Shown: positions 10,033-18,022 of the stretch, piece by piece
Numbering within the stretch: the first letter of the stretch is position 1
Layout of the letters: every line of letters starts with the position of its first letter
Source: an uncultured Acidobacteriota bacterium
GTDB taxonomy: Bacteria; Acidobacteriota; UBA6911
NCBI GenBank assembly: GCA_963721405.1
Contig: CAVRJA010000014.1
Span: 909,691 to 973,690, forward strand
Length of the DNA: 64,000 nucleotides
Direction: 5' to 3'
Notes under the pieces: model-generated
Databases searched by the model: none
Told to the model about the DNA's origin: nothing
The model's input: only the letters and a program-made list of their open reading frames with translations
Program-made: the position numbers and the translations under genes

Positions 10033-10061
10033 TTCGGGGGACAGGCTACTCAACTCCCGAA

Positions 10062-10886
10062 TTGCGTGGTTTTTGTCGCCCTTGTTCGTGTAATTTGTTC
10101 TTCCACAGCCAGAACTTCGACTGGCGCGCGCTGGACCACATCCACGAACTCGGCTTGCGGATCAACAACGGTCAGGTCGCTACTGCCTACGGGGATGTTT
10201 CCAATCTTGATTGGCGCCTCGCGTCACTCAAACCCGAAGAAATCAAAGCCTTCTCCCTTCCCCGCAAGACATACGGGACGTCCATCCGTGTCGCCGGGAC
10301 TGCGGGAGATGTGGCCGTTCTGTTCCCGACGTTCAGCCCTCTTAACTGGATCCCGGACTCCGCGTTGTGGGACGAACGGGCCATGGTCGCCCTGATGGAC
10401 GGGGCGCAGCGTGCCCTGACACTGCAGTTCCTCTCCTACTCCCCCCTCGGCCGGCAGGGCGACAGGTATGCTGCCATCGACGATGCGATCCGGCGCGCCG
10501 CGAAGCGCGGTGTGAAGGTCCGGATGATCGTGTCGGACTGGGAAAAGGGATCCCCCGCGGTATCCGCCCTGAAGGAACTGGCCGCCATCCCCAACGTCGA
10601 GGTGACATTCACCGCGATCCCCGAGTGGACCGGCGGTTACATTTCGTTCGCGCGCGTGGAGCACTGCAAATACATGGTCGCCGACGGCAAGAAGTTCTGG
10701 CTTGGGACGAGCAACTGTGAGAGGAGCTACTATTACGGTTCCCGCAACCTGGGCATCGTTTGTGCGAGCCGGCAACTGGCGGGCAAGCTGGCGGAGATCT
10801 TCCTGAAGAGCTGGAACAGCCCATACAAAGAGCTGATCACGCAGAACGGCGAATATGCCCCGCGGGAGCACGGAGAAAAGAAGTAG
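10062..10886 (+). CDS. phospholipase D-like (single HKD motif) domain protein, possibly truncated
   Basis: One canonical HxK(x4)D(x6)GSxN motif (HCKYMVADGKKFWLGTSN) and a PLD-fold upstream region (AAKRGVKVRMIVSDW). There is no second HKD motif. Start uncertain. The 3' end overlaps the convergent hydrolase gene by 50 nt. Confidence 0.5.
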   Translation: MRGFCRPCSCNLFFHSQNFDWRALDHIHELGLRINNGQVATAYGDVSNLDWRLASLKPEEIKAFSLPRKTYGTSIRVAGTAGDVAVLFPTFSPLNWIPDSALWDERAMVALMDGAQRALTLQFLSYSPLGRQGDRYAAIDDAIRRAAKRGVKVRMIVSDWEKGSPAVSALKELAAIPNVEVTFTAIPEWTGGYISFARVEHCKYMVADGKKFWLGTSNCERSYYYGSRNLGIVCASRQLAGKLAEIFLKSWNSPYKELITQNGEYAPREHGEKK

Positions 10887-12363
10887 CGAAGGGCCGGCGG
10901 ACGCCGGTCTTTCCGGGATCGACTTTGCGTTTGGGATCCGACAGGAATTCCCTGAGGATGCGGTTCGCCTCCGGGTGCGCGAACAGGGGAACGTGCGTCA
11001 TTCCGGCGAATACCACAAGTTGTGAACCAGGCAGGTGCGCCGCCGTCGTCCGTGACCAGCTGACGGGAGTATCGGGATCGAATTCACCGGCAGCGATGAG
11101 GGCGGGCGTGTTGCTGCGGACCGGCTCATTCTCGGCGGCTCGAGGCTTGCCCTGTGGCCAGACCTGCAGAGCCTCGAGCGGCACGGCCGCCTGGACAAAC
11201 CTGGCCAGTTCGGCCGGCAGTCCCGCCGGCTTCAGGATCCGCTCCAAACGCTCGAAGGGGAATTCTTCATTGCACCAGACCGCAAGCCGCACGCCCCAGG
11301 CGAATCCCTGGGACGAGGCGAGATAGGATTCGGCCAGCGGCGCCAGGACCGCCGAGTCGCCGCGGCTGGCCGTGTCGAGGAGCAGCGGCAGGCGCGGGAT
11401 GAAACCTGGATCCTCGAGGCCTGCATAGACGCAATTCATGATGCCGGCCCCGTCGAGCCGCACTGACAAGGGCTTCCCGTCGATCGGGTTTTTCAGCGCG
11501 AGCACCACCGGCTGCAGGTTGGCCGCTTCCAGGCAACGTCTCCACCGGTCTTCGAAGCCGTTCAGCTTCAGCCGAAGTTGCTCATTTTCCCGCGCCGCGG
11601 CAATCAGTCTTTGAAAGACGTCGACGATGATGGCAGGGGCGGACTCGTCCCAGTTTGACTCCAGGGTCAGGACCGAATCGAGAATAGCGGATCGCACCCC
11701 GTCCGGCCTGTCCCTCAGCACGCTCAGCATCAGCTTGGTGCTGTAGGAACTGCCATAGAGATTCCAGGATTTGATGCCCAGCAGTTTCCGGAGATCGGCG
11801 ATGTCTGCGGCACTTTCCCTGGTTGTATAGCCGGCCGGGTCGATCCCCTTGGACTCATACTCGTGCAAGGTCTCCAGCAAGGCCTGCTTGACCACGGCCG
11901 GGTCAGGGTCACCGTTTAGGCGGTGGCCCCATCCCGAGCGGAGCGCCTCCGCGATGCGCGGGGCCGTCAGGGAGGGATCGGCAAAAAGGGTGCCTCGCTG
12001 CTCCAGGAGAATAATGTCGCGGTCCTCGAGGAGGGGATTGCGGCTGCGGTTCCGCGCCCGGCCGAGGATGCTTCCCCCCGGGCCGCCTGCGGACACGAGG
12101 ACCGGGTCCGGGCTGGGCGCCTGGGACCGGCTTTTCATGATGATGAAGGGAAGCTTGATCTCGCGAATGCTCCTCGCCGGGAAACGGCGCTCAGGGACAA
12201 CCAGGTATCCGGTCCGCAGATCCGGACTCTTCTCCACAATCGACGAAGGGAGAGCAGTCCACTCGACCCGGACCACGTCCGCAGATTGGCCAAGCCCTGG
12301 ACCGACAGCAAGCAGGCTCAGAGTGGCTAACGTCAACGTGATTCGATTCGAGGTGCCAATCAT
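10837..12363 (-). CDS. secreted alpha/beta-hydrolase, peptidase S33 (TAP/proline iminopeptidase-like) family
   Basis: Signal peptide MIGTSNRITLTLATLSLLAVGPG. Nucleophile elbow YGSSYSTKL. Abhydrolase architecture with a C-terminal TAP-like region. Start trimmed from 12522, because the upstream 53 codons translate the MITE-like repeat. Confidence 0.7.
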   Translation of the reverse strand: MIGTSNRITLTLATLSLLAVGPGLGQSADVVRVEWTALPSSIVEKSPDLRTGYLVVPERRFPARSIREIKLPFIIMKSRSQAPSPDPVLVSAGGPGGSILGRARNRSRNPLLEDRDIILLEQRGTLFADPSLTAPRIAEALRSGWGHRLNGDPDPAVVKQALLETLHEYESKGIDPAGYTTRESAADIADLRKLLGIKSWNLYGSSYSTKLMLSVLRDRPDGVRSAILDSVLTLESNWDESAPAIIVDVFQRLIAAARENEQLRLKLNGFEDRWRRCLEAANLQPVVLALKNPIDGKPLSVRLDGAGIMNCVYAGLEDPGFIPRLPLLLDTASRGDSAVLAPLAESYLASSQGFAWGVRLAVWCNEEFPFERLERILKPAGLPAELARFVQAAVPLEALQVWPQGKPRAAENEPVRSNTPALIAAGEFDPDTPVSWSRTTAAHLPGSQLVVFAGMTHVPLFAHPEANRILREFLSDPKRKVDPGKTGVRRPFATSFLRAPAGHIRRSA

Positions 12364-12394
12364 ATACTGTCTCTCCCTCCCGACCTCTAGACCT

Positions 12395-12710
12395 TTAACT
12401 GGTTTCTGTCGCGAAACTTGAGTTCGACCACAGGGCCGAGCGCCCAGGAGGGGCGCCAGAGAGTAGCCGGGGGCAAGCGGCGCGCTTTTCAGCGACGCGC
12501 GGCCCCCGGTAGGAAGTTGCATTTAAACGAGCCCCGGCAGGGGCGAAAGGCTATGTGCGCCATAGGCTTCTGTCGCCGGGGCTCCTCGCTGTGCGATATC
12601 CTACCGGGGGCTGCGCGCTACGCGCTTGCCCCCGGCTATTCTCTGCGGCCCCTCCGGGGCCGAGATCTTGCGCGCCGATTGCGCTGCCAGGGAGTTTCGC
12701 GACAGAAACC
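12395..12710. mobile_element. MITE-like palindromic repeat element with 18-bp terminal inverted repeats
   Basis: TIRs are GGTTTCTGTCGCGAAACT (12395-) and AGTTTCGCGACAGAAACC (-12710). Internal hairpin units (AGAGAGTAGCCGGGGGCAAGC...GCCCCCGG and GAGCCCCGGCAGGGGCGA...). A related copy lies at 56640..56830. No transposase. Confidence 0.5.
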
Positions 12711-12790
12711 TGCCCCCAACCCCCAGAACCCAACACTCAGCACCCGGCACCTGATTCCCGGCACCCGGCGCTCAGCGCCTGCCCTCAGGC
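12711..12790. repeat. GC-rich tandem repeat array (same family as 7600..7665)
   Basis: cctgcccccaacccccagaacccaacactcagcacccggcacctgattcccggcacccggcgc, immediately abutting the MITE-like element. Confidence 0.6.
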
Positions 12791-13707
12791 GGGGGAAGAG
12801 GCTGCGCCACATCGAGCGTAACCTTCCAGACTCCGGCCGCGTCTCGTTTCCAGAACCTCGCGTAATAGTATTTGCCATCGCCGGGCAGGGCGCCTGCGCC
12901 GGCGGAGACGGCGAGCACTCCGTGCGTGTAACCGAGATCAGCGCCAGGAGCGACCACGGCTGCAGCCGGCTCCCAGGTCCACGCTCCTTTCCGCCGCTCC
13001 AGCCGGGCGATGATTGCGGGCTTGCCCAACGCCGGGGCCAGGTTCTGGCGCAGCAGCCGCGCATGGTCCGCGAGGTATGTCGCATAGGCGCGCTCCACCC
13101 CCTCTGATTTGGATTGGGCAGAGAATCCGCGGTCTGTCTCGAGCAGTTGCCTGCGTTCCGCTTCCGGATCTGAGGTTCCCGCACGTGGTGAAGATAGAGG
13201 CTTGAATTCAGCGGGCAGTTTCCAGGCAGGCGGCCGCGAATCCGGCGGAGGATTCGGTGCTCCGGCATCCAGGATCACCTGCCATTTTCCGCCCGGCTGT
13301 TTGCGCCAGACAGAGGCATAGTTCCCGTGCTGCACCGGGTTACCGGTTTTCCCGCTACGGAACTCATACGGCCCGGTCGTATAACCAAAGTCTCCCGTGC
13401 GCGAAATGTCCGCGACCGCCGGGTACCATGACAGAATGCCGCCGGATTCCGTGCTCTCCGAGTACAACTTCCTGCCGTCAACGGGTCCCGGGCGAAAGAC
13501 GATGCTTCCTTCGGCCAGGAACGCCAGAAAAGCCTTCCGGATCCCCTGCTCAGCAGCCGCCTTTGAAAAATCGAGCTCGGACTGAACCAGGCTCGAGAGT
13601 CCGGCCCTGAGATCCAATGCTTCGGCGGGCATGCCTGGTTTCAAACCTGCCGGCGCAACCAGAGCCCCCGCTGTTCCTGCTATGGCAAGCAACCATGGGT
13701 TCCGCAT
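12772..13707 (-). CDS. secreted protein with tandem NTF2/SnoaL-like (DUF4440-like) domains
   Basis: Signal peptide MRNPWLLAIAGTAGALVAPAG. Two halves with similar patterns (GSIVFRPGP...GKWQVILD and LAPALGK...GVWKVTLD). Start trimmed from 13842 to the internal Met at 13707. Confidence 0.5.
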   Translation of the reverse strand: MRNPWLLAIAGTAGALVAPAGLKPGMPAEALDLRAGLSSLVQSELDFSKAAAEQGIRKAFLAFLAEGSIVFRPGPVDGRKLYSESTESGGILSWYPAVADISRTGDFGYTTGPYEFRSGKTGNPVQHGNYASVWRKQPGGKWQVILDAGAPNPPPDSRPPAWKLPAEFKPLSSPRAGTSDPEAERRQLLETDRGFSAQSKSEGVERAYATYLADHARLLRQNLAPALGKPAIIARLERRKGAWTWEPAAAVVAPGADLGYTHGVLAVSAGAGALPGDGKYYYARFWKRDAAGVWKVTLDVAQPLPPPEGRR

Positions 13708-13911
13708 AAGCCCTTCCTGCGGGAGAAAACTGTCTGGGGGGTTGTGAAAACCGCTCCTCCTCCCGATCACGCAACCGCTGCCCGGGAGCGGCCCGACTCT
13801 CAAACCGTCTTGCCTCGAGGAACACAGTATAGCGCTTGGCAAGGCTCGGCCGGAGGGCTATAAATTGGCTGGGGATGAATGAGAGGAACCGCGTCCCGGG
13901 AGGAGGAATCG

Positions 13912-14217
13912 ATGAACATTGTCCACGTGCACGTTCACGTGAAGCCCGAACACCTGGAGGCGTTCAAATCGGCCACGATCGAGAACGCCCGCCACAGCGT
14001 CCAGGAGGAGGGAATCGCCCGCTTCGATGTGCTCCGGCAATCCGGCGACCCCTCCCGATTCATCCTCGTGGAGGTGTACCGAACTCCGGAAGCTCCGGCG
14101 CAGCACAAGCTCACTGCACACTACGCGAAGTGGCGCGACACGGTTGCTCCCATGATGGCGGAACCGCGGACCAGCGTGAGCTTTGACAACCTGTTCCCCC
14201 TAGACGATGGGTGGTGA
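13912..14217 (+). CDS. antibiotic-biosynthesis-monooxygenase (ABM) domain protein
   Basis: [43 protein letters not shown]...[22 protein letters not shown] is a typical ABM/YdhR-like dimeric ferredoxin fold. AGGAGGA RBS before the ATG at 13912. Confidence 0.75.
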   Translation: MNIVHVHVHVKPEHLEAFKSATIENARHSVQEEGIARFDVLRQSGDPSRFILVEVYRTPEAPAQHKLTAHYAKWRDTVAPMMAEPRTSVSFDNLFPLDDGW

Positions 14218-14223
14218 TCCGCA

Positions 14224-15378
14224 ATGCGGTTCGAATTTGCCACGGCAACTCGTATCGTGTTCGGCGCCGGGACGGTCAAGGAAGCCGCGGCGGCAGCCCA
14301 GGAGATGGGGCGGCGGGCGTTTCTGGTGACCGGTTCATCCCCGGAACGTTGCCGGCATGTCGCGGAGGACCTTCAGGACCACGGCGTCTCAGTGACTGCT
14401 TATGCCGTCGGAAGGGAACCCGACACTTCGCTGGTGCGGGAAGGCCGCGAGCTCGCGCTCGCCGCGGGATGCGACCTGGTGATCGCGATCGGCGGGGGGA
14501 GCGTGATCGACGCCGGCAAGGCCATCGCCGCGCTGATGACCAACGAAGGCGCGCCGGCCGAGTACCTGGAAGTGGTCGGCAAGGGGCGCACGATTTCGCA
14601 GCCTCCGGCTCCGTTCATCGCCGTTCCTACGACTGCCGGCACCGGGTCCGAGGTCACGCGCAATGCGGTGCTGGCTTCCCCGGAACACCGGACGAAGGCC
14701 AGTATGCGCAGCCCCATGATGCTGCCGAGGCTGGCCATCGTGGATCCGGAACTCACTTTTGACGTGCCGCCCGCGATTACTGCCGGCACCGGCCTGGATG
14801 CTCTGACGCAGTTGATCGAGCCATACGTTTCGCTGCGCAGCAATCCGATCACCGATGCCTTGTGCCTCGAGGGCATGCGGCGCGTCAGCCGGTCCCTGCG
14901 CCGCGCTTATCTGGAGGGCAGGGACGCGTCCGCCCGGGCCGACATGGCGCTGGCGAGCCTCCTGGGCGGGATTGCCCTGGCCAATGCGGGTCTCGGCGTC
15001 GTTCACGGTTTCGCCGCGCCCATCGGGGGGATGTTCGGGGCGCCGCACGGGGCGACCTGTGCGATCCTGCTCGGCCCCGGAATGGAGGCGAACATCCGCG
15101 CCCTGAGGGAGCGCGCCCCGGGAAGCGAATGCCTGGCCAGATATCAGAGGGTGGCCGCCACGCTCGTAGGAAAACCGGATGCGGAGCCGGAAGACGGGCT
15201 GGCTTTCGTGCGCGGTCTGTGCACAGAGCTTTCCATCCCTCGCCTTCGCTCCTGCGGCATCGGGCAGACCGATGTCGAGCCGCTGGTGGAAAAAGCATCA
15301 GGCACGAGCAGTATGAAGGGAAATTCCATCGCCCTCACCCACCAGGAACTCACGGCCGCTCTCCTGCAGGCCCTGTGA
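14224..15378 (+). CDS. iron-containing (group III) alcohol dehydrogenase
   Basis: [13 protein letters not shown] motif and Fe-ADH metal-binding His-rich segments ([20 protein letters not shown]). Full-length, 384 aa. Confidence 0.9.
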   Translation: MRFEFATATRIVFGAGTVKEAAAAAQEMGRRAFLVTGSSPERCRHVAEDLQDHGVSVTAYAVGREPDTSLVREGRELALAAGCDLVIAIGGGSVIDAGKAIAALMTNEGAPAEYLEVVGKGRTISQPPAPFIAVPTTAGTGSEVTRNAVLASPEHRTKASMRSPMMLPRLAIVDPELTFDVPPAITAGTGLDALTQLIEPYVSLRSNPITDALCLEGMRRVSRSLRRAYLEGRDASARADMALASLLGGIALANAGLGVVHGFAAPIGGMFGAPHGATCAILLGPGMEANIRALRERAPGSECLARYQRVAATLVGKPDAEPEDGLAFVRGLCTELSIPRLRSCGIGQTDVEPLVEKASGTSSMKGNSIALTHQELTAALLQAL

Positions 15379-15495
15379 CGGGATTATCTACTTTGACCGT
15401 TGTAGTTTCCGGGCACAGGCTGGGGATCTGGTGATTCCTGGCGCTGCTTCGGGCGAGGACTGCGATCGCTGATGAACCTGGAGGCTGTCTCGACG

Positions 15496-16035
15496 CTATG
15501 AAACCGTCATCAGGCCTTCCAGCACCAGCCACATCCCGGCAAGCAGAAGGCAGACGCGCGCGACCTGCCGGAATGGTTCCCGCCTGGTAAGTGGGCTCAT
15601 GAACGTGAAGGGGATGAAATAGATCGCGGTTCCTGCGAAGAAGGACCAGAAGTAGAAGACGGCGCTCTGCATCGATCCCGTGGCTGCAGCCCCGGCGATG
15701 GCTGCGGCGAAGGGGGGGCACAGGTTCAAACCGGTCAGCAATCCAAGGGTGCCCGGGAGCCAGAACGACATCCTGGACTTGCCCCGCAGGGCGCACCATT
15801 TAGGGGTGGAAAGGCCGCCTATCCATCCGGAAGCAATCATCAGGATGCCCATGACAATGCGCAGCGCTCCCCATGCCGATACGCTGATGCTTCCGATGAT
15901 CAGGGTGCCCACGAATCCCGTGGCCGTTCCAACCAGCGTGTACCCGGCGAGCCTTCCCAGCAGGAACAGCCCCACGGTCCGCGCCGTGCCGGTCCACACG
16001 GGCTGATTCTCACTCGCGACCAGGGGAACGAACAC
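15496..16035 (-). CDS. DsbD_2/CcdA-like polytopic membrane protein (Cys-containing TM motif)
   Basis: About five TM helices with GLLTGLNLCPPF resembling the cytochrome-c-biogenesis DsbD_2 transmembrane family. Overlaps the upstream gene by 26 nt in a different frame. Confidence 0.45.
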   Translation of the reverse strand: MFVPLVASENQPVWTGTARTVGLFLLGRLAGYTLVGTATGFVGTLIIGSISVSAWGALRIVMGILMIASGWIGGLSTPKWCALRGKSRMSFWLPGTLGLLTGLNLCPPFAAAIAGAAATGSMQSAVFYFWSFFAGTAIYFIPFTFMSPLTRREPFRQVARVCLLLAGMWLVLEGLMTVS

Positions 16036-16777
16036 CGGCGAGCAGTAGACTCACGAACAGGAGGACCTGGATCACCCGGATGAATGAATTCACCTCGATG
16101 AACTCGCTGCTGGTCTTGAACGGGCAGAGCCAGAAGCAGTAGGTCGGGCTCATCGTCGCGAAGGAGTGCAGGATGATGAACGCCAGCAGGCCGCAGGAGA
16201 AGTAGCGCACGAGCGGTTTGAGCGTCTTGATTTTCCATCGCCTGGCGCGCGGCAGCGAAGAAAACAGCTCGTCCTGCCCGCCGAAGAAGCAGCCCCAGGA
16301 GCAGAACGCCCGCCCGTAGATCAGGCCGATAACACCGACCATGAGCAGCATGAATCCTGCGTTCGCGAGCGCGGTCGGGAAGACGATCTCCTGCGTGAAG
16401 AGCATGGGCAGCAGGAGCATCGGGACCACCATGTGGCACATCGGGGCCTGGGAGCTCAGCGTTTCCGCGTCCAGCAGCCACATGTGCCCCCGGTCCCCCA
16501 TGGTCTGCCAGACGAACGATATGGCGAAGGCGATCGCATAAGTGACAAAGAACACCCTGCGCCAGGTATAAACGCGGCCGGTGTAAAAAATCAGGAACAG
16601 GATCGCGCCGGAGAAGGCCATGGCTGCGCCGCTGAGGATGGAGGATCGCAGATCCCGGAACGCGTTCTGCCCGAGTGCGAAAAAGGCGGCAAACAGCAGA
16701 TGCAATGCCGCCAGGGTCAGGGCAGCCTGCAGGCTCTTGCGGGAAGACGCCGAGATATCGGTGCCGGCCGGTTTCAT
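16010..16777 (-). CDS. NapH/NosR-like membrane protein with CxxxCP motifs
   Basis: Two membrane-embedded Cys motifs (FCSWGCFFGG and YCFWLCPFK) typical of the NapH/MauN/CcoG membrane module. Multiple TM helices. Confidence 0.45.
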   Translation of the reverse strand: MKPAGTDISASSRKSLQAALTLAALHLLFAAFFALGQNAFRDLRSSILSGAAMAFSGAILFLIFYTGRVYTWRRVFFVTYAIAFAISFVWQTMGDRGHMWLLDAETLSSQAPMCHMVVPMLLLPMLFTQEIVFPTALANAGFMLLMVGVIGLIYGRAFCSWGCFFGGQDELFSSLPRARRWKIKTLKPLVRYFSCGLLAFIILHSFATMSPTYCFWLCPFKTSSEFIEVNSFIRVIQVLLFVSLLLAGVRSPGRE

Positions 16778-17052
16778 GCGGTTCCTTGTTGCTGGACGAG
16801 CATTATAGACGATCGCACCGAAATTAAATCACCAAACTAGCCTCCCTGACGAAGCTACCCCATCCTCCATCCTGGCCCCAGACCTGGACGTGGACCTGGA
16901 CTTGAACCCGGCGACGCCCGACTCTTCTGTCGCCTGCGATTGACATGTTCTCATGCGGATCTTCATGGGGCCGGCTCTCTTCCTTAATTGTGGAGTTTCT
17001 CCCCGCTCCGTGTTAAGCTAGATTATAGCTAGCCATAACTGAGGAGCAGCCC

Positions 17053-17304
17053 ATGAAGGATGCAACCGTCGGACTCGCAGAAGCCAAAAATAAACTGTCG
17101 GAACTCATCGACCGGGTGGCGCAAGGCGAAGAAATTACCATCACGCGTCATGATCACGCCATTGCAAGACTCGTGCCTGCCCGACGCCCGAGCCAGGCAG
17201 AGGCAATGCGTGCCGTTGAGGCGCTGCGGACTCTCCGCGCCCGCAATCCGGTGACCCTTACAACCCAAGAAATTCTTGCCATGAAGAATGCGGGGCGCAG
17301 GTGA
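17053..17304 (+). CDS. type II antitoxin, Phd/YefM family
   Basis: 83 aa. MKDATVGLAEAKNKLSELIDRVAQGEEITITRHDHAIARLVP matches the Phd/YefM fold. GAGGAG RBS. Stop overlaps the toxin start (GTGA). Confidence 0.8.
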   Translation: MKDATVGLAEAKNKLSELIDRVAQGEEITITRHDHAIARLVPARRPSQAEAMRAVEALRTLRARNPVTLTTQEILAMKNAGRR

Positions 17305-17735
17305 CATTTGCATTGGATTGTTCCGTCGCCATGACATGGTTTTTCGATCATGATGCTTCGCCTGAAACCGACAAGCTGCTGGGCACGCTCGCTGGCGGCA
17401 ATGTGGCGGTGGTGCCGCAGCACTGGTTGCTGGAAGTCACCAATGTGCTGCTGGCCGCCGAAGCCTCCCGGAAAAAGAAGGCTGCCGAGTCCTCGGAATT
17501 TCTCGCCCTGCTCAGCAAACTGGCCATTGAATCGGATACGGAAACGGGACGCTATGCCAGCACGGCAACGATCGCGCTGGGGCGGAAGCACAAGTTAACC
17601 AGCTATGATGCGGCCTACCTCGAGCTCGCAATGCGCCGCGGGGTGGCGCTCGCGACGCTCGATAAGAACCTGCGCATGGCCGCGGTGAAGGAAGGTGTGC
17701 CTGTGCTTCCCAAGGGGCAATTCACAGCGACGTGA
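17301..17735 (+). CDS. vapC: type II toxin, PIN-domain ribonuclease (VapC family)
   Basis: 144 aa with the PIN acidic residues pattern (LDCSVAMTWFFDHD...TSYDAAYLELAMRRGVALATLDKNL). Translationally coupled to the upstream antitoxin. Confidence 0.8.
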   Translation: MTFALDCSVAMTWFFDHDASPETDKLLGTLAGGNVAVVPQHWLLEVTNVLLAAEASRKKKAAESSEFLALLSKLAIESDTETGRYASTATIALGRKHKLTSYDAAYLELAMRRGVALATLDKNLRMAAVKEGVPVLPKGQFTAT

Positions 17736-18022
17736 GTGGGAGCTTCGGGGTCGCAAATTTCACCTCAACTGCACCCGCTTGTCCCGGGGAGCCCATGACG
17801 GCGGCACCTGATGCGGCAACCTGGTCGGTCAGTTCTAGCGACGGGTTTTGTCGGATCTCCGTCGTGGAGGAATGCTGATCGCCTATGCGGATGAATCCGG
17901 CCCGTAAGGGCGGTTGAAAGACGCGCTTTACCAAGGCAGAGGCGGATGGAATACTTAGTTCAATGGGGGTGGATTCAAATTAGCTAACCGGGTGTTTCAA
18001 AACCAAGTTTAAGGAGGATTTC

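Noticed and set aside
8167-10053. 628-aa minus-strand ORF antisense to polB
   Set aside because: polB has every family-B motif in the plus frame. The antisense ORF is Arg/Gly/Ala-rich with no recognisable motifs.
12363-12522. N-terminal 53-codon extension of the hydrolase ORF (listed start 12522)
   Set aside because: This extension translates the palindromic MITE-like repeat into an APLAPGYSLAPLLGARP-like sequence. A proper signal peptide begins at the internal Met (12363).
16930-17052. Candidate sigma-70 promoter (TTGACA at about 16940) upstream of the TA operon
   Set aside because: A -35-like hexamer is present, but no convincing -10 at 16-19 bp spacing. Left unannotated.
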